Below are positions 60,713-64,000 of a stretch of 64,000 nucleotides of DNA, piece after piece; within the stretch, counting starts at the first letter, position 1, and each line of letters begins with the position of its first letter. The stretch comes from Raillietiella orientalis (Eukaryota). The notes under the pieces are model-generated. The model was not told where the DNA came from. It did no database searches and saw only the letters and a list, made by a program, of their open reading frames with translations. Location of the stretch: positions 3,472,001 through 3,536,000 of the forward strand of contig JAYWIR010000003.1 of NCBI GenBank assembly GCA_036172245.1, read 5' to 3'. Made by a program: the position numbers and the translations under genes.

Positions 60713-62503
60713 CTACAGTTCTATGCGCTCGGGAGATCGCACGCATTGGCAATTCGTGACTCCATGCTCGGGAAATGGCTGAAGAACTTTCTGAAGACTC
60801 ATATCCAATGGAGGAAGTCCAACCAATCTTTGGCTCCATTCCTGAAGGATAAAATTGAGATGCCAGCATCGCATCTGAACTAAACTAGAAAGTGATACAT
60901 ACCTTCAACAGGACACCATAGTAACAAAACACGTCCCTGGCCAAAAGCTGATCCTCTGCTAACTGGCGTGCATTCTGTGCAATACGGTGAACATCAATAT
61001 CATGCTGGCGTGCCCACTTAATCTGGTCCAGAAGATCATCCAGATCACGTCGGAATGGTAGAAAGTGTATAAAAGGTAGCATCTGCCCATAAAAATGCTC
61101 ATAGAAAGGAGAGTCTTGTTTGAGGAGCAGTGTGCCACTGGCCAGAAGGTAAGGAACACGGTAAGCTGCCACAGTGCCATCTACACTGACTTGGTACTTG
61201 TACTGTCATATGCAAAACAAGGTGCATGCAACTGCCCATGTGATTTCACGGCTTACGTCAAAAAATTCGAACATAGATATTGGGCTTTCCAAAGGCCCGT
61301 ATTCCTTTTCTTTGTCTTGAAAGAAAAACATGTGGGTCAAAGAAGCATTGAGCAGTTCTGGATGAGCTTTTGATAACTCCACCAATCTCAGTCTCGCCAT
61401 TGATGAATCTCTGCCACGGAAAAAACCTTTAGCTTTTTTTTTCTTCCAAGGAACATCAGAGTGACTCATAACTGAAAGCATGTCCAAGGTGGTTCTGAGG
61501 AACTTCACCCAAGTGATTCCCATCCAGAGTACCTGCCCATTGACTGCAAGGTGGATTCTGTCAGCTCATAAGTAGGCATAACAATATCATAAGTGTCATT
61601 GGAACCACACCAAGAAAAAACGGCAACAGGATGATGATCCTTCCGGGAAACAAGGGGCCAGTCACCCAGATTGACAACTAGATTAAGGTCTGGGAGCTGG
61701 AACTTCCTTGCCAGGGAGAGCAGAATTGCATCCATAAATATTTTGAAATCTACATTGTGCCCATAACAGTGACGGAAAACCTAACAGCAAACATTAAGCA
61801 GAAAAACTTAGATCCAATTACCTGATTGCTTCTGGTAGCATAGTGGCACAAGGAGGATGCTGTTGGATGTTTATGGTACTCCGTTAATACCTGGACCAAA
61901 GTATCTTGAAAATGAACCTGCTGAAAAGGCTTTAAATCATCTCTGATCTGTGGATATATTTCAGGGCATTGGAGTGCATTTGACCATTCCAGAAAGCTCT
62001 CCATTGGACAGTAGCATTCATCAGGATAAACATGGCCTACACAACACTACTTAGTATCACCAACTATTTCCTGCACTACCTGCTATCTGATATGGTGAGC
62101 GTGCCACATGTTTATTTTTGTAAAGAACCTGAATGTTCACATTCCAGCAAGTGTGGTATACTTTATACCGAACTACAAAGCTTCCATCATATCTGTTCAG
62201 CACTTGCACCCATGTACGACAGTTGCCAATTTCTGATCGACCATTCAGCTGTACTACAAAATTTACATCAGGTGATTCCTTCATGCTAGTACTTAATTCA
62301 AAATCGGTTAGAAACATATGCACTCACCGTTTTCCACGAATGTCCACAGCATTAATAAAAAAATATCTTGCAGGAAACACCACAGTATCAGGATACAAAC
62401 CGGGACCCCATACTTCAGTTTGCTGTGGATCAACTATATTGGTAGATGAGCTGATCCCCAAAGGCTCAAGGAACAAAATGATGGAATAAATCCACAAGGC
62501 CAT
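60713..62503 (-). CDS. POGLUT2: KDEL motif-containing protein / protein O-glucosyltransferase 2-3-like (filamin repeat + CAP10/GT90 domain); exons 62503-62328, 62285-62080, 62036-61822, 61780-61533, 61494-61257, 61202-60903, 60841-60713 (503 aa)
   Basis: Signal peptide MALWIYSIILFLEPLGISS; filamin-type VWGPGL...PARYFFINAVD...DGSFVVRY...HVARSPY; GT90 motifs FMDAILLSLARK, VNLGDWPL, FSWCGS...DIVMPTY, FFRGRDSS, KYQVSVDGTVAAYRVPYLL, LKQDSPFYEHFY; C-terminal CQC...RIEL*. Six GT-AG introns (42, 43, 41, 38, 54, 61 nt). Confidence 0.93.
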
Positions 62504-64000
62504 TCTAGTGTTATAAAAATGAAAATATACTGCAGATAAATTCACACAGTACGAATGCCGTGAGCATTCGGTCGTTTGCTACAAGACACGGTTTAATTTT
62601 TACAAACAAATTTTCCTCATTTATGGCCATAAAAACTTGTGTGTGTAAGAAAGGGAACCTTCCCGGTCATGAAACTTTTCGAAACCCCAAATCGCTGCTT
62701 ACGATGGAGGTATGTTCTGCCTAATATCCAGTGCTTAAAATAGTGAGGATTGCCGAATCACAATTGGTTGAAAAAAGAATTGCGATAATGAACTGCAATC
62801 CATGTTCATAGAATTATGCAAATGTTATGTTTTGCTTATTTGATTCTTAATCTACAGCGATAACTTCCATGGTGATTACGAAATATTTATTGGTGAATCG
62901 ACTAGTAACGACATACTGTTATCACGTGATAAAGGATCGAATCTATTTTAATTTATCAATATGCATATTCATGTAGCTGCCTTCTCATGCACATATCAAA
63001 CAAAAATCGATATTTCCATTGAATATTCCTCAATCGTCTGGATCTGACATATCGCAAATATCGTTGTGCAACATAAAGTCTAAGCAACAAAGTTTAACAG
63101 ACATGTCGTTCCATCTTTGCAAAGGGAACTACTGTATTTCCAGGACACAATTATTCAAACACAAGTCCACATGCTGCATGTTTCTAAAATGCTTCTTAAA
63201 ACTAAATAGTATTAAGTTAGGTGATGACTGAATCATGGAATCTAACAATGCAATAATCCAACGGTCCTCTAAATTCTAAAAACAAACATAGATGATCAAA
63301 TCAAAATGTGAGTATCCGGCGGTAGCTCATTGCATCCATTATTTTCTGATTGCATACAAAAATTTATTTTTTGTCAATCTTATGTTTCTTGTGATTAAGT
63401 TTCTCAATTTCAGCAATATCATCTTTCAGTTGGGATGCATACAGCCAAAGTTTGATTCATTTCATTCATTTGATTTTGAAGCTTCCAAATCTTTATTCAT
63501 TCAATAATTATTCAAGCTCCATTGATAAAATGCTTCCATTTGTAAGAGGAAGCGTAATGCGAACATAAGGCCTTCTTTTGAATCAGTATCCTTCTACTTT
63601 TGAAGCAACAAAAACATGATTTGAGAACCATCTATAAAAGGATTTACATGAAATTTACATGAATTTACATTTTTAATGGAGGCTTCTAAATACGAAACAC
63701 ATTTTGTAAAGAACCATTCCTGTATAAACAATTACACATTCTTCGTAATAAGTTTGATTACCTGTTACTTATGTATACTTTACAGTGGAAATGGAAAAAA
63801 CACACACACATCATGCCGACTATGAATGTTTCGAATTCCCGTTTTCGCCAATACACAACTATTGTGTGCATTATAATTTTCCATCCAACATGAAGCAACA
63901 ACAACAAAGTTTCTATCTGATATTGGAGTTGAAAAATTCAGAGCTTGAAGTAGCCATTCTTCAGACAGTGGGACGATTTTCGATAGAATAAAGCATAGTA

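Noticed and set aside
1..64000. CRISPR arrays, operons, rRNA, snRNAs, conserved miRNAs, intact transposase/RT ORFs
   Set aside because: None recognised by manual reading; the window is spliced eukaryotic DNA. A covariance-model and repeat-library search is needed to exclude them rigorously.

Overview
Eukaryotic (animal, most likely ecdysozoan/arthropod-like) genomic DNA, not prokaryotic. The supplied ORF track is mostly antisense or GC-rich noise. Five genes can be supported, all on the minus strand: (1) the 5' part of a myosuppressin-receptor-like rhodopsin GPCR running off the left edge, preceded by a long GC/CpG-rich upstream/intronic domain (~1-14 kb); (2) WDR37 (6 coding exons, 472 aa); (3) a two-dsRBD ADAR-family gene (8 coding exons, ~602 aa) with degenerate deaminase motifs; (4) Pur-alpha (6 coding exons, 243 aa); (5) a KDELC/POGLUT2-3-like glycosyltransferase (7 exons, 503 aa, C-terminal RIEL). 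The 23 coding-region introns I could resolve by hand are tiny (38-76 nt), often with weak donors and little polypyrimidine tract; one is GC-AG. Housekeeping gene bodies look AT-rich and CpG-poor, while intergenic DNA is CpG-rich. Most interesting: the ADAR-like gene has CHTE for CHAE and PYG for PCG, and both substitutions are a single A>G (A-to-I-type) change from the canonical active site. There is also an orphan, strongly codon-biased 171-nt coding fragment with a perfect fold-back at 30.7-30.9 kb, several perfect hairpins and a dispersed repeat. No rRNA, convincing tRNA, CRISPR array or intact transposon was recognised. All gene models were built by manual translation without database searches.
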